Below, piece after piece: positions 24,185-37,390 of a stretch of 64,000 nucleotides of DNA. Both the position numbers and the translations under genes were made by a program. The notes below the pieces were generated by a model. It made no database searches. It worked only from the letters and a program-made list of their open reading frames with translations, and was not told the DNA's origin. How positions within the stretch are numbered: position 1 is the stretch's first letter; the number at the start of each line of letters is the position of its first letter. This DNA is from Eledone cirrhosa (lineage: Eukaryota). The DNA lies in the NCBI GenBank assembly GCA_964016885.1, contig OZ024740.1, forward strand, positions 213,776,001 through 213,840,000, in the 5' to 3' direction.

Positions 24185-25674
24185 GTAATTACATTTCATT
24201 ATTATTAGGTCCTTTCCCCCCCGAGGTTAACTTTGCCTTTCATCCTTACGGGGTCGATAAAATAAAGCACCAGTAACGTACTGGGGTTGATTTAATTGAC
24301 TTTCCTCTCCCCAAAATTGCTGGCCTTGTGCCTATATAAGAAACCATTATTATTACCTTTATTGCACTGGATTGGCAGTATCGGTAGAGGGTTGGACGCC
24401 ATGCTTTGACGCATAGTTACGGCCCTTGCCATTCTGAGTTCAAATCCCGCCGAGGTTAACTTTGCCTTTCATCCTTACGAGGTCGATAAAATAAAGTACC
24501 AGTAATGTACTGGGTAATTGCTGGCCTTGTGCCAAAAGTAGAAACAATTATTACCTTTATTGTTGTTATTGTCATTAATATTTAAAAAAGTATAAAATAA
24601 TAGAAACTGTGATAGATTAGTTATGACTTCTTCTTTGCACTGAGGGGGAAGTGGGGGCAGTCCTCAAACACTCTTTCCAGTGGGTCCTGTTAGAAGCAAC
24701 TGTCTCCTGTTGAATCACTAAGTAAGACCAACTGAGCTCATGGATGTTATCCAACCATCTTGCTTGGGGTCTACTGCTGGTTTTACCCGTAAAATCTGTC
24801 CAGCGATTCTTTTCTGAGACATTCTAACCACATGTCTGTAATATCGCAGCTGTAATCTCTCAATTTGGAGAAGAGAGTAAGTTTGGCTGTTACATCTAAT
24901 AGTTATTATTGAAATGTGTGTAAATTGTGATCTTAAGATCATCACTATAAAATGTATTGGATTGATAATGTTTGATATTGATCTTGTTAGAATATGAGAC
25001 TAAAATATTTGTTCACTTATTTCTGGTGGTGGTGCTGTTTCATGGCCCAACCCAGTTTTACTTAAGAATCATTGTTTTATGGTTGGTTTATTTTTACCTG
25101 CTGATTAAGTTGGACAGGTGTGTTCCACAATCACATGTTATGGTTCTTTATTATCTGATAAACAATGATAAAAACAAAAAAAAACTGTCAATCTTTGTTG
25201 TCTGTAATGGTCTTTATGGTTGGATACCCTTCCTATAGGAGGCATGTGGCCTAGCGGTAAAGGTGCTGGACTTACGATCATAATGTTGTGAGTTCAATTC
25301 CTGGACTGGGTTATGTGTTGTGTTCTTGAGCAAAACACTTCATTTTACGTTGCTCCAGTATACTCAGCTGAAAATGAGTATTAGCAAAAACTGGGAGTTT
25401 AACCCTGCGATGGACTGGCGTGCTGTCTAGTGGGAGAGTTTTGTACTCTGTCACTTCATGCCACAGAAACCAGGATAAGAACTGGCCTGATGAAGCTCCG
25501 GGCTTCAGACATACTTTACGCGCTTCCTAGAGAACCCCTTTACAGCAAGGAGTAGAGAAGTTGTCTGCGAAGGTTTAAAATTGATTTCTAATGTTGTCAA
25601 TAAAGGGATTGTTTTATTTGATATAAGTACCATATAAATACCTGATGTTATAACATATTTTAATTCATATTTAG

Positions 25675-25741
25675 ATTCACAGACTGGGATCCCGATGTTC
25701 ATGAAGAAATTAAAAAGTCTATATTTAATAAAACTTTTCAG
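25675..25741 (+). CDS. AKTIP: AKTIP coding exon 7
   Basis: FTDWDPDVHEEIKKSIFNKTFQ resembles FSPWNPSVHDEAREKM. GTGAGT donor. Confidence 0.9.
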
Positions 25742-26479
25742 GTGAGTTTTATTTATTTTCTAACAATATTTTAACCCTTTTAATACCAAACTACCCTAGA
25801 TTTGATATAAAACTGCTCATTTGAAAATGTTTATTATTATATCTTAATTTTATTTTTATAATTTATAAATTTTTGTTAAGTAAAGCTCTAAATATCAGCT
25901 TGCTTAATTACTTTTTGGATTTTCTTCCAAAATTAATTGATATACATAGGCAGTGTATTTCATTAGAAATATGGTAATGAGAAGGTTAAGCACTTGTCCA
26001 CTTTATTTAATTCTTAATGTCCTGTATGGCATTAGTAAAACATTTTTGAAAAATATAAAACATTGGCTTCACTCCAATACTGTAAATTTTCACAATATGT
26101 CCACCAGTTAAGATAAACATTTGAAGTAACAAATCAAGTTTTACATCTTTCCTGCTAAATAATTACAGGATGTTAAAAGTTTAACTGATTGAAATTAGGT
26201 TCTACTGGAGTAGCCAGTGCATATTGGTCAATGAGAAAAGAGTGCTTGAAGCATCATGAACAACTCAAAAAGGTGGTGCTGGTGATAGTCGTGGTAGTAG
26301 TAGTAGTAGCAGCAGCAGCAGCAATAGTAGTAGTGATGGTGGTGGTAAACATAAAAATACAGGGTTTGAGATTTAAATGGTACACTTATTTGAAATTTTA
26401 ATTAATTAAATTTAGATTTAAGTTCCTTTATACAGATTGGTTTTATATTTGATAAATTATAGAATTTCCAAAACCTTTT

Positions 26480-26845
26480 TCTTCTCCCACTTATTCCTTG
26501 AAAGGTTGTTGGGGCAGAGTCCTCAAACAATCCTTCCAGCAGGTCCTGTCAGAAGCAACCATCTCCAACTGATCCGGCTGGATCCCCAAGTGAGACCAGC
26601 CAAACTCATGGATGTTATCCAATCATCTTGCTCGGGGCTTACACCTGGGTCTCCTAACCCTAACCCGTACAATCTGTCCAGCGATTCTTTCCCGAGACAT
26701 TCTAACCACATGCCCATAGTATCGGAGCTGTGATCTCTCAATTCGGAGAAGTAACAGCTCTACCTGGAGTGACTCTCTGATCTCCGAGCTACACACTGTA
26801 TCGAGTAACATTACTCCAAAGGCCCTCCATTTCAGCCATCTTGTT
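26480..26845 (-). mobile_element. 5'-truncated 3' end of an RTE-like LINE; also 22190-22410 (+), 24630-24880 (-), 31145-31380 (-), 43085-43480 (-), 45800-46110 (-)
   Basis: IERSQLRYYGHVVRMSRERIAGQI peptide. Matches the 3' end of the longer copy at 41220-42655. Confidence 0.8.
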
Positions 26846-27063
26846 ATTTAATATTAAATTTTGGTGAAGTTTGTGTTTCATTTCACTTCTAAATATTTCA
26901 TGATTATTTCAGAATCAATAAATTTCTAGATGTTAAACTTTCATTCCATGGGTCTATTATATAATGATATAATATATATATATATATAGTAGTAAAGGTT
27001 TGGTAGAAATATCCAAGGGTAAGAGCACTCAATCCATAGAAGTTTCCTTTTTCTTTTTCTTAT

Positions 27064-27115
27064 GACAGGCTGAATGAGTTGGGGTCCAGAACCCAACGAA
27101 ACTTAAGTACCTGTT
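27064..27115 (+). ncRNA. Candidate minimal type I hammerhead ribozyme with a variant core
   Basis: GACAGG-CTGAATGA-GTTGGG(GTCCAGAA)CCCAAC-GAAAC-TTAA-GT-A-CCTGTT. Stems I, II and III all pair. The core has one extra nucleotide relative to CUGANGA. Confidence 0.6.
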
Positions 27116-27351
27116 TATGTCACTGTTGTCATTATTTATATATACTAATTTAAAGTATCATAACTAACATATACAATATGTATGATGAATGTTTCTCAGT
27201 GAAAAAGCTCAATGGTCATTTGTCCACAGCATGAATAATTTTAAAGATATTTGTATATAGTCATATATTGTTAGAGAAACCTATAGTATTCTGTACATAT
27301 ATTTGGAAACTGCATGTTTTAAGGTGTTTAAGGTGCTCCTAGATTTTATAT

Positions 27352-27388
<37 letters not shown>

Positions 27389-27629
27389 TAGAATACTATG
27401 TCTCTTTAATGATATATGACAGTATGCAATATTTAAAAAAATTTATATATATTATAGTTTAGAATAAAAAGTTTTCGAACAAAAAAAAAAACAAATAAGT
27501 GTAGGTGAAGAAGTTATTACAACTCAAAAATACGAGATTTATTACAGTAAACTACTCAGAACGTAACATTTTATTTGTATGAAATCCTTATTTTAGATGT
27601 TTAAGTAAACTCATAAAGCAAATATTACA

Positions 27630-27945
27630 TATAAAAAAAGACCAAAGACTGTTAATTCTTTTATATTTTAATTAACACGCATTTCGTCCATCTCATAAAA
27701 CATAATTAATTATTAGTTAATTAATTCAGCAGAATTAAAAAAAAAATACAAGAAACATTTTTACCTGTTTGAGTCATTTTGTGTACAACCTTGTGTACAA
27801 CGGTAAATGTATCTTGTATTTTTTAATTCTGATCCAATCATGTGTTCATATAATTAATTAACTAATAATTAATTATATGTTTTATGAGATAGAAGAAACA
27901 CATGTTAATTAAAATATAATATAATTAACAATCTTTCATCTTTTC
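27630..27945. repeat. Degenerate AT-rich fold-back element; a smaller one lies at about 27247-27435
   Basis: ATCTCATAAAACATAATTAATTATTAGTTAATTAATT versus its reverse complement at about 27852-27890, plus further matching blocks. Confidence 0.7.
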
Positions 27946-29136
27946 AATGTTATATATATATATAAATTAATCTGTCGTCTTAAGTATAATAAAGAAAGGA
28001 GTGCGGGATTGCGTCCAGAATATATTTTTTTACCCCGTTTGTAAAATAAGCTGGATTACTTTGAATAAATAATGAATGAATATTACATAATTTATGTGCT
28101 AAATTTCGTGGTTGTTGATTAAATATATTTTATAGGTTATTTAAAGACCTTTAAAATTCACATCTTTAAAATTTTCAAATGTCAACACTTCCGGTTAGCG
28201 GCCGTTATATTATAACACTTATAAAAATATTGCATATATTTCCGTCGCTAATTTTCTCCTAATGCAGTTTATATATAATATCGTCTTTTTTTAAATGTAT
28301 CATGGATTACGTTACTGATTACAGAACACAGTGTAACATAGACTTCGTTCAGTTTCTGTGTATATTGTCAATTACGATTTTATTTGATGTATCAAATCTA
28401 CATGCATCGTTAGGTGGTTTTTCTGCTAGTATATATAAACAAACTCAGATATGCTATGTTTTACATGGTAAATTGTAATGTTTTTTTTACAAATCTCTTG
28501 TAAATATTTAGAAAACAGTAAAATCTTTGTATTTTGGTGATCTTGTACATTTTCATAAACTTTGACAATTACTTTAATTTATTTGTCTTATGAAATGTTA
28601 ATCTATATTATAGGAGCTGCTTCTCTATCTGTCGGCCAGACATTATGTAGGAGTGAAAAGGGGAGGGACTGCCTTTTTAAAGGTTGAGAGAAGGGAGATA
28701 ACTTATGTCATGCTTATAGTTTATTGAAAAGGTTAGAGGTAGTAAGGTTGAGATCTGTAGGAGGGGGTAGTGGTGAGGAGCCAGTGGGGATAGGGCACCT
28801 AGTAAATATTATATATTACAGTTGTTGAAATACAGCATAAATATATAGTTATATTTGGGGAGGTCATGTTGGCCTAATATTGCCAAAAAATAAAACACTC
28901 ACTTTGGTTTGGTTTTTGCTTCAGTATATTTTTATATTATTTATAAATAATTTAGCTGGCAATGAAGGTTTATCATTAATTGACCAACAGTTAAAGATAT
29001 AATTTCTGAAACTTCTTTCATCACACATTTTTCTGACATCTCCAGTGATTATCGCTGTTTCCTCCCATTGTGTTTCTATATATAAATGTAATAATAACTA
29101 TCACTCTTAATATTAATGTGTATTATATCATTTTAG

Positions 29137-29232
29137 GATAAACCAAACTTGGCTGATAATTCAACTGGACTATCGTGGATGAATAGTGAAAGTTCTCAGA
29201 TATTTTCCAAAGAGGAGACCACTTTCTCATGA
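29137..29232 (+). CDS. AKTIP: AKTIP last coding exon
   Basis: DKPNLADNSTGLSWMNSESSQIFSKEETTFS* resembles AGLSWVKPGSVQPFSKEE. The eight exons sum to 780 nt (259 aa). AATAAA at 29441. Confidence 0.9.
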   Translation, partial: DKPNLADNSTGLSWMNSESSQIFSKEETTFS

Positions 29233-31562
29233 ATACCTCATTATTTATTTCTTGGTAACAATGAATTGCTTTCATACAGTTTCCTTGGTCTTTGATTCAA
29301 TTCAGGATTTCCCACCCCTCTATAAATAACAAAGAAGCACACACTTGAGCTGATCATTATAGATAACCCAGAAACTGGAAAAAAATAAGTAAAGAATGTG
29401 TTGCACTGTTTGATAAATTTGTTTATATGGAATAATATTTAATAAAACTCACTTTTAATTTATTAGATGATATTGGAATTTAATTTTTCATATATGTTTA
29501 AGATGTAATTTTCAAATATTTTGATTTCATCTACTTTATTATATCAACCCATCTCATCTTATTTCCTTAACTTACTTTATTACCTACTAATGACATTTCT
29601 TCACTCACATCTCATCTATAGAATTTATAATCTTCTATTTGTTTCTCGACACCATATTTTATCAATTATTATTAATAATTAGAGAGCGGAGGATTGGCAG
29701 AATCGTTAGTGTTGGAGAAATCGCTTTGCAGCATTTATTCTGGATCTTAACATCCTCAGTTCAAACCCCTTTCATCCTTTCGGGGTCAATAAAATATAGA
29801 AATCTTCTGTATGTTTTGAAAACAGTTCAATTGTTATTAAATTATCAAATATCCACCATTTGTATACAATTTGTCAATTATATGGTATGGATGCATAACT
29901 CTTGAAGGAGTGTTTTTTTTTAGGGTATTTTAAAACCTGACGGAGCCCATCCCCTCTCCAGGCCTGAGTACAGCAGATTTCCTCCAGAGAAGAATAGAGA
30001 GTGTGAGGAAGAATCGGCCCCAATACTAGACTGGTACTTTTTTATCAACTTTGGTGGGATTTGAACTGAGAGAGCAGAGAGCCAGAACAAATACTGCCAA
30101 CCACCTTTGTCAATACTATTCACACATTACTATCTACTACATACCCAACAAAATGGAATTTATGTAGCAGTAGCATAGCCAAGAAGATATGGACTTCTCT
30201 TTCTTGGTTTGTGTTTACTGTTTTTTGATGACTCTTAAAACAGCGCATCATATTCTACATGTATTACTCTAAGAATCAGGAAGAGGTACCACAATTTACA
30301 ATGTTTTACTAATAGACTAGTTAGTGTTCTATTGGCAGATGTCATCCATTTAATACCACTGAAGCTGAAATTACATACTTCTATAGAACTGAGGTTTGTG
30401 AAAGAATATGAAACACCACTTTAGCATGACTAAAGTATGTCTCAAGCACAGAGGATCATCAGGCTGGTGCTTATCCCAGTTTCCATGGCATTAAGCGACT
30501 GAGAATACAAGACTTCTCTCTGGACAAGACACCAGTCTATCGCAGGGTCAAACCTCCAGCTATTGCTGGTACTCAGTTTCAGCTAAGTATACTGGAGCAA
30601 CATGAAAGGAAGTGTTTTGTTCAAAAACACAACACATAATCTAATCCAGGAATCAAACCCACAACATTATGATTGGAAGTCCAACACACTTACCACTAGG
30701 CCACATGCCTCCACTACTTTAGCATATGTTTACCATTTTATATTCAATGCTTTTGCCATAGATATAAGCATTCTCTTTCACTCTGTTGATGTTTAGTTCC
30801 ATGTCAACCCTGATCAAAAAGTATTTCAGCTGTGATCATCCTGTCTTGGATGTTATCTATCACCAACATTATCTAATTGAGGGAGATTTGGTTGCTATTT
30901 CAACAGGTTGATTAAATATAAAAAAGTTCCCCCCTTGTTGGTTCATCTTTTACTGTGTATCAAATGAGGTCCATCCTTGCCTTTCACAACATATCCTCCA
31001 ATACTGTTAATACCACATAATTGTTGTTTTTTTAATGTCTACAAATTTCTTATTTTGTTAATTTTAATTAACAGAATTAGTAACATTTGCAGAGCAAAAT
31101 GCAAGGTTCCAAATGGGCCAAATTTTAGTTGAGATTTTCACTTCCTTTTTTGCCCACTTATTCCTGGGAGGGTTGTAAGGGCAGGGTCCTGTCAGAAGAA
31201 ACTATCTCCAACTGATCCGGCTGGATCCCAAGTGAGACCAGTTGAGTTCACGGATGTTATCTAATCATCTTGCTCAGGGTTTATATCCCCTGGCTCCCAT
31301 CAGTTGGTTTTGCCTGTAAAATCTGTCTAGACATTCTAACCACATGTCCATAGTATTGGAACTGTGATCTCTCATTCTCCACTCTATAAATTTGTTTAAA
31401 AAAAAAATTCAATATTTAATAAAAGTGATGACTATTGCTGAGATAGAATCCCTTAGATGCTTTATTGCAACTAGTTCAGTTATTTGTTCTGACCAAATTT
31501 TATTGTTTCTTATTTAAAAAAAAAATAAGTTATCACCGATGAAATTTCTCAACACCATGATG

Positions 31563-31599
<37 letters not shown>

Positions 31600-32084
31600 A
31601 CACCCAGTCCACTCTGTAAAGTGGTCGTGTGGGTGACATGACAAAAAGCACCCTGTCCACACTGTAAACATGGAAGGACATCCAGCCGTATGAGCAAGAC
31701 ATGGTCACGGTCACCTGACCTGATTTGTCTCAAATGGAACAACTTGTCTAACCCATGCTAGTATGGTAAATGGATGTTAAACACAAATTATGGTTAATGG
31801 AAATTTGATGTATCTTTTCAAATTCTAAAATAAAAATTCAGAATATTTTCCATATATAATTTTTAAAATAATTTAAATTTTCTTTATTTCATTTCCAAGA
31901 TGAATAAAAAAATTATTTATTTAAGAATAGAAATAGAAGGGTTGCCGTAACATTGACTACACAATATCCATTCAGTGGTTTATATGCCCTATTATTAGAC
32001 TATATTGTGAAGTCAATGTTACAGTGAAGCTTCTATTTCTATTCTAAAACTCCGCTTGCTACATTCCAAACATATTTCCTTTAT

Positions 32085-32521
32085 TTAATGTTTTAGTGTT
32101 AGAATTGAAAGAAGTTCATTTGAAAGTTCATGTCTTTGATTATTCCATTCTATATGTGTTGGTGGTTCCAATTCTCCATTCTCAAAAACAAAATATTGAC
32201 TCAGTTCTATAGCTATTTTAGATTTGATTAGTCCAATTCCTCCATAAATACCTTTTGTTGGATAATACACCCGGCCATTACTGGGCAACATGCATAATTT
32301 TGAGGGTTCAAAGGGAACCTTTAAATCAGCTTTATTCCCTCCATAATACAAATAGTCCATGTTTGTTGAGTCTTTTACAAGCTCAGTGTAAACAATAGGT
32401 TTATCATCACAGCAAATAAAATTTCTCTCTCTGCCACACAGAGATATATAAGGAAAATCAGGATATCTTCTTGTTTTGTTTGAACGAAGTCTTTTGAAGA
32501 AGAATTCAATGAATCTTTTCT
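32085..32521 (-). CDS. C8orf82: UPF0598 protein C8orf82 homolog, last exon
   Basis: EKRFIEFFFKRLRSNKTRRYPDFPYISLCGRERNFICCDDKPIVYT...NGRVYYP...GGIGLIKSKIAIELS. CAG acceptor at 32524-32522. Confidence 0.92.
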
Positions 32522-33071
32522 CTGAAATAAGACATAGTTATGTTATGAAGATCAATAATAAAATCAATCACCTACAATTTGAGTTATAATAGGGTAGGAA
32601 GATCTTTAAAAGGAACTGAACGAAACATTAAATCAGTGTATAAATGGTAAATACACAATGGTTCATTCTGAAAAGGTTCCATAGTGACAAGGACATTCAT
32701 ATTTGTGAGAGAAAATTCAGAGGACATTGCTGATGTGATATGCCCAGCTGTTACAAGCAATAAAACTTGATCTCATGATTGACATAAATAGACACAAGGT
32801 TCAAACTATAGCAGATATAGTGTATGATTTGGTGGTCAAGATATATAGTTATGTTTCTTGACTAAATCACTCTTTAGCAAAAGATGAAATGGGTAGGTAT
32901 CATAGAAGCTGGTCAAATTGGCAGAATTTCATTATATATCACCATAAATTATCCAGCAACCAAAATTAATTTTAAATGGAATTGTATTATTCCTAATTTT
33001 TTAATTATATGGAAAGGTTTGTATAACAATGTTCACAATATCAAAATTTTAAGATTTAGAATCATTTTTTA

Positions 33072-33109
<38 letters not shown>

Positions 33110-33193
33110 ACATAATACCTTTTGTTAAGAATTCAAATATTTTTATTTAAAATAGTTTCAATGAAAATACAACATTCTCATTTGTTAACTTAC

Positions 33194-33242
33194 CTTTAAA
33201 ACAAGAGGTGAAGTTCTTTATTTTAGCATCATGTAAAAATAA
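33194..33242 (-). CDS. C8orf82: C8orf82 homolog, exon 2
   Basis: LFLHDAKIKNFTSCFK resembles LFLDDSKMKNFITCFK. AG acceptor and GTAAGT donor. Confidence 0.92.
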
Positions 33243-34038
33243 CTGTAAATAAAATGAGGATAAAAATAAATAAGGCTATCTGTGAGGGTTTTTGTTTTTC
33301 TTAGACCAGGTTTTATTATTCATGAAAATATATGAAACCAAATCTTAAATTTATAAGAATTGATTAACAAATTTATTTAAAATCAAAAGTAAAAGGTTTT
33401 AATTTATATTTTAATAAAGAAATTATTCAGAAAGATGACTTTTATTTTTAATTTTGAAAGTTTCATTTTTATAGAAAAATCTGAAATGATCTTTTGGGAC
33501 ACTTTTTTTTTGTTGTTATTCAAGGTTAAAATTAACTTCTAATGTCCTGTACCGCATGAAACCTCACTAGCAAGACATTCTTGAAACCTACAAAACACCA
33601 CCACTCCATCTGTATCACTTGAAAAATCAAAGTCTTTAGTTTACAGTAAATTTTCACATTTGAATTAACAAACCTGGTTTTAGATATTTTCTGCTAAATC
33701 ATTACAGGATGTTAAAAGTTAAAGCTGGAGAAAGCACGATTCACAAGCATCACCGATGCTAGGAAGGATATAAGGGTCACAACAAATTACCACCCTCAGT
33801 ATATCTGACGTAACAAACATTTGCTAGCAAATATAAAGTTAGAAATCTTTAACCTTTGGATAATTTCAATGCAAGAACAAATTACTTTTGAGTATGTATG
33901 CACACACACACACACACACACATATATACATATAATTTGACTTTGGATAACTAGAAGACATTCATATTTGTGTAACTATTAGGTTTGTGCTGATAACCTT
34001 TATTTAAAACAATGTTTTATAAGAATCAAGAATATTTC

Positions 34039-34225
34039 AAATATCAGGGCCTGACTGACCACTTCCTCTTTGCACCAGTCTTCGTCGAGACCGCCGGCAT
34101 CCTTGGTTCTCGCACTGCTGATTCCCTCTGTAAAGTCAGAAAGATGGAGGGAACCCTGTAAAGTGAGATGGGTGTTTCTGGCTATTCCCCATGGTAATGC
34201 TTTAGCTGTTTTAAGACATAGGCTA
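34039..34225 (+). mobile_element. 3' fragment of a CRE-clade non-LTR retrotransposon (restriction-like endonuclease tail)
   Basis: KYQGLTDHFLFAPVFVETAGILGSRTADSL, then after a frameshift LAIPHGNALAVL. Resembles the KY...F.P.AVET.G..G...AIQRGNA pattern. Confidence 0.65.
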
Positions 34226-34599
34226 TATACAATGTATGTTATATTATTAACCATCTTTAATGAGCAGAATGAAAGTCGTTATTTACCCTAACATTTACCT
34301 CTAGTTTTTATAATCCTTTATACACTTTCAAAATATCTTTCCGAGAATGGTCTACAGACCCTTAAGCTATAATAACAAGGAGATCTACAAACCCCTAAAC
34401 TATGATAACAGGGAGGTCTACAGACCCCTAAACTATAACAGGGAGATCTAAAAATAATTCACTTAAGGCATTGTTACTATTTACACATGTCCCAAATACA
34501 TTCATTTATTCTGTTTTATAACTAAACTGTTTATATTGGTCAATCTAAACTATGGTAAAATATAAAATTATGGCAAAACCAAGTTAATGTATTTACTAA

Positions 34600-34870
34600 T
34601 CATTATCACCATCAGACTAATATCTACTTATAAGCTGGGTTTAAGAAGAATCTGAGGTGGTGTGCAGGAGAGAAGACTGTTGGTATCGACATGTGATGTG
34701 CATGGACAATAATTGATAGGTGAAGTGCCAGTGGAAGGAAGCTGCAGTAGACCAAGAAAGATCTGGGCAGTGGTGGTGAGAGGTGACCTCAAATCACTGA
34801 GACTCACAGAGATGATGATGAGGGAACACGATGAGTGGAGAGATGTTATGCTGAGAAAGACCTATCCATG
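34600..34870 (+). mobile_element. Decayed RTE-like LINE 3' fragment
   Basis: VEGSCSRPRKIWAVVVRGDLKSLRL...HDEWR resembles RTE C-termini (G.R.RGRP.K.W...D...W). Confidence 0.55.
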
Positions 34871-35125
34871 GAGAAGTGGATGTAATAACAATAATGATGA
34901 AATCAATTGGTATATCTGTTTTGATAAGCCTGTTAAATTAATTATTAAGTTACACAAGTTCTTTCCAGACTTTTGTTTCATGTAGAAGTTAGTTGTGGTA
35001 ATTAGAAAATTTACACTAATTTTCAAATTGTAGGTACTAAAGGTAAGCGTGCTCTGCTTATCTTTGGACTATTATCATATCTAGAAACAGGTGTGATAAA
35101 ATGATGTCACTTCTCAATCTTGAAG

Positions 35126-36191
35126 CTCACTCTACTGGTAGACTAGATAGGCAGACCTCACTTTATATACTGGTAGACAAGATAGGCAGACCTCACTCTA
35201 TCTACTGGTAGACTAGATAGGCAGACCTCACTCTACTGGTAGACTAGATAGACAGACCTCACTTTATATACTGGTAGACTAGATAGGCAGACCTCACTCT
35301 ACTGGTAGACTAGATAGACAGACCTCACTTTATATACTGGTAGACTAGATAGGCAGACCTCACTCTACTGGTAGACTAGATAGACAGACCTCACTTTATC
35401 TACTGGTAGACTAGATAGGCAGACCTCACTCTACTGGTAGACTAGATAGACAGACCTCACTTTATATACTGGTAGACTAGATAGGCAGACCTCACTCTAC
35501 TGGTAGACTAGATAGACAGACCTCACTTTATATACTGGTAGACTAGATAGACAGACCTCACTTTATCTACTGGTAGACTAGATAGGCAGACCTCACTCTA
35601 CTGGTAGACTAGATAGACAGACCTCACTTTATATACTGGTAGACTAGATAGGCAGACCTCACTCTACTGGTAGACTAGATAGACAGACCTCACTTTATCT
35701 ACTGGTAGACTAGATAGGCAGACCTCACTCTACAGGTAGACTAGATAGACAGACCTCACTTTATCTACTGGTAGACTAGAGAGGCAGACCTCACTCTACT
35801 GGTAGACTAGATAGGCAGACCTCACTCTACTGGTAGACAAGATAGGTATATCCCACTCTATCTACTGGTAGACTAGATAGGCAGACCTCACTTTATCTAC
35901 TGGTAGACTAGAGAGGCAGACCTCACTCTACTGGTAGACTAGATAGACAGACCTCACTTTATATACTGGTAGACTAGATAGGCAGACCTCACTCTACTGG
36001 TAGACTAGATAGGTATATCCCACTCTATCTACTGGTAGACTAGATAGACAGACCTCACTTTATATACTGGTAGACTAGAGAGGCAGACCTCACTCTATCT
36101 ACTGATAGACTAGATAAGCAGACATCATTCTATTTACTGGTAGACTAGATAGGTATATCCCACTCTATCTACTGGTAGACTAGCTAGGCAG
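35126..36191. repeat. Minisatellite of 31-bp and 35-bp units, about 32 copies, in C8orf82 intron 1
   Basis: ACTGGTAGACTAGATAG(G/A)CAGACCTCACT(CT/TTATAT/TTATCT). Confidence 0.95.
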
Positions 36192-36474
36192 TTTGACATT
36201 CTGAGTTTAAAGTTGTATTCACTGGGTTAGGATTATTTCCAGGTGTATGTGTTACTCATGTTGTTGTTTAGCTCCAGTCACACTGGATCAAAATCACCCA
36301 CTGTGTCTTTTTAAGTAGGGTGCAATTTCTTCGATGGAGTGTCTGTAATGAATAGTAGTTTCTCAGTTTTAATTTTAAGTAATAAACCGGTGTTAATCAG
36401 CCCGAACGAAAGAGACGTTTAATCTTCGATTTTCATATTTTCGAATCTCTCAATATTTTATAAGATCATCACCC

Positions 36475-36680
36475 TACTTACTACACTCGACACAGAGTTG
36501 GCTATCCACGGTGTGAGCCTCGCGAGCTGGAATACTCTTCCAACACGCCACCCTAACCATCCTCTGGGGAAACACCTCTATTCTGTCCACAGGGACAGGC
36601 CAGCGTGTGGGCCCCCATTTGCTTATGATAGTGAGAGATGGGGAGAGCGAGAGAGACGGAGGCAGTGATAAGACAATAGA
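36475..36680 (+). repeat. Unclassified dispersed repeat; copies at 5770-5920 (-) and 40205-40300 (+, partial)
   Basis: CACAGAGTTGGCTA...GTGTGAGCCTC...CCCCATTTGCT shared between copies. Confidence 0.7.
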
Positions 36681-37390
36681 TGTTATATAATCTCTAGCTA
36701 TTATTATTTGTTCATTAATTTCACGGAAACTTTCCAATGTAACAGGTAACAAGTACTTGGTTTCTAAACAACCACCAGCTTGTTACCTGATTAATATTAT
36801 ACCAATAATCACTCGCTGTTTAATAATTCTTGCCCTTTCCTTCCATTTCCTCTCATATAGTATTTTACAATACTACTTTCTTTTTCTATGTTTGACTAAA
36901 TATTAAATTCTTTATAATTTTTATGTAATTTATCCTATAAATAAAAGATCGTAAAGTAATCAGTGACCTTTGTCTAATTCACCGATAACGTGACAAACAG
37001 CCTAGATAGACTTCTACGAGTGAATTAAGACAATATCCAAAATAATACACTTTACACATGAAAACCAATTACATATAAATCTGTCATAACATAGATATAC
37101 ATATATGTAGTGAAATGTTGCTACATATACCCTGAAGGTTAATAACAACTGTGTTGACATGCCTCAAAGTGGTCACCCTTATGATGTGAGGCCGATTGTC
37201 GCACTTGGTGCTAAATTGAGGGTCGTTTTCTTTAGTTTTATATACTTGGCAAGTACTGTATGTATATTATTTGTGTCTATTTTCATTCCGTAGGAATTAT
37301 AAATAGTTTGTAATGTTATTTATACAATTGTGAATAAAGTAAAATTAACTGGTATCATTGAATATTTTGTGAAAGGTAATAACAACAAAC

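Noticed and set aside
25460-25510. GAAAC...CTGATGA as a possible type II hammerhead
   Set aside because: No NUH triplet or stem I between the boxes; it is an ordinary SINE tail.
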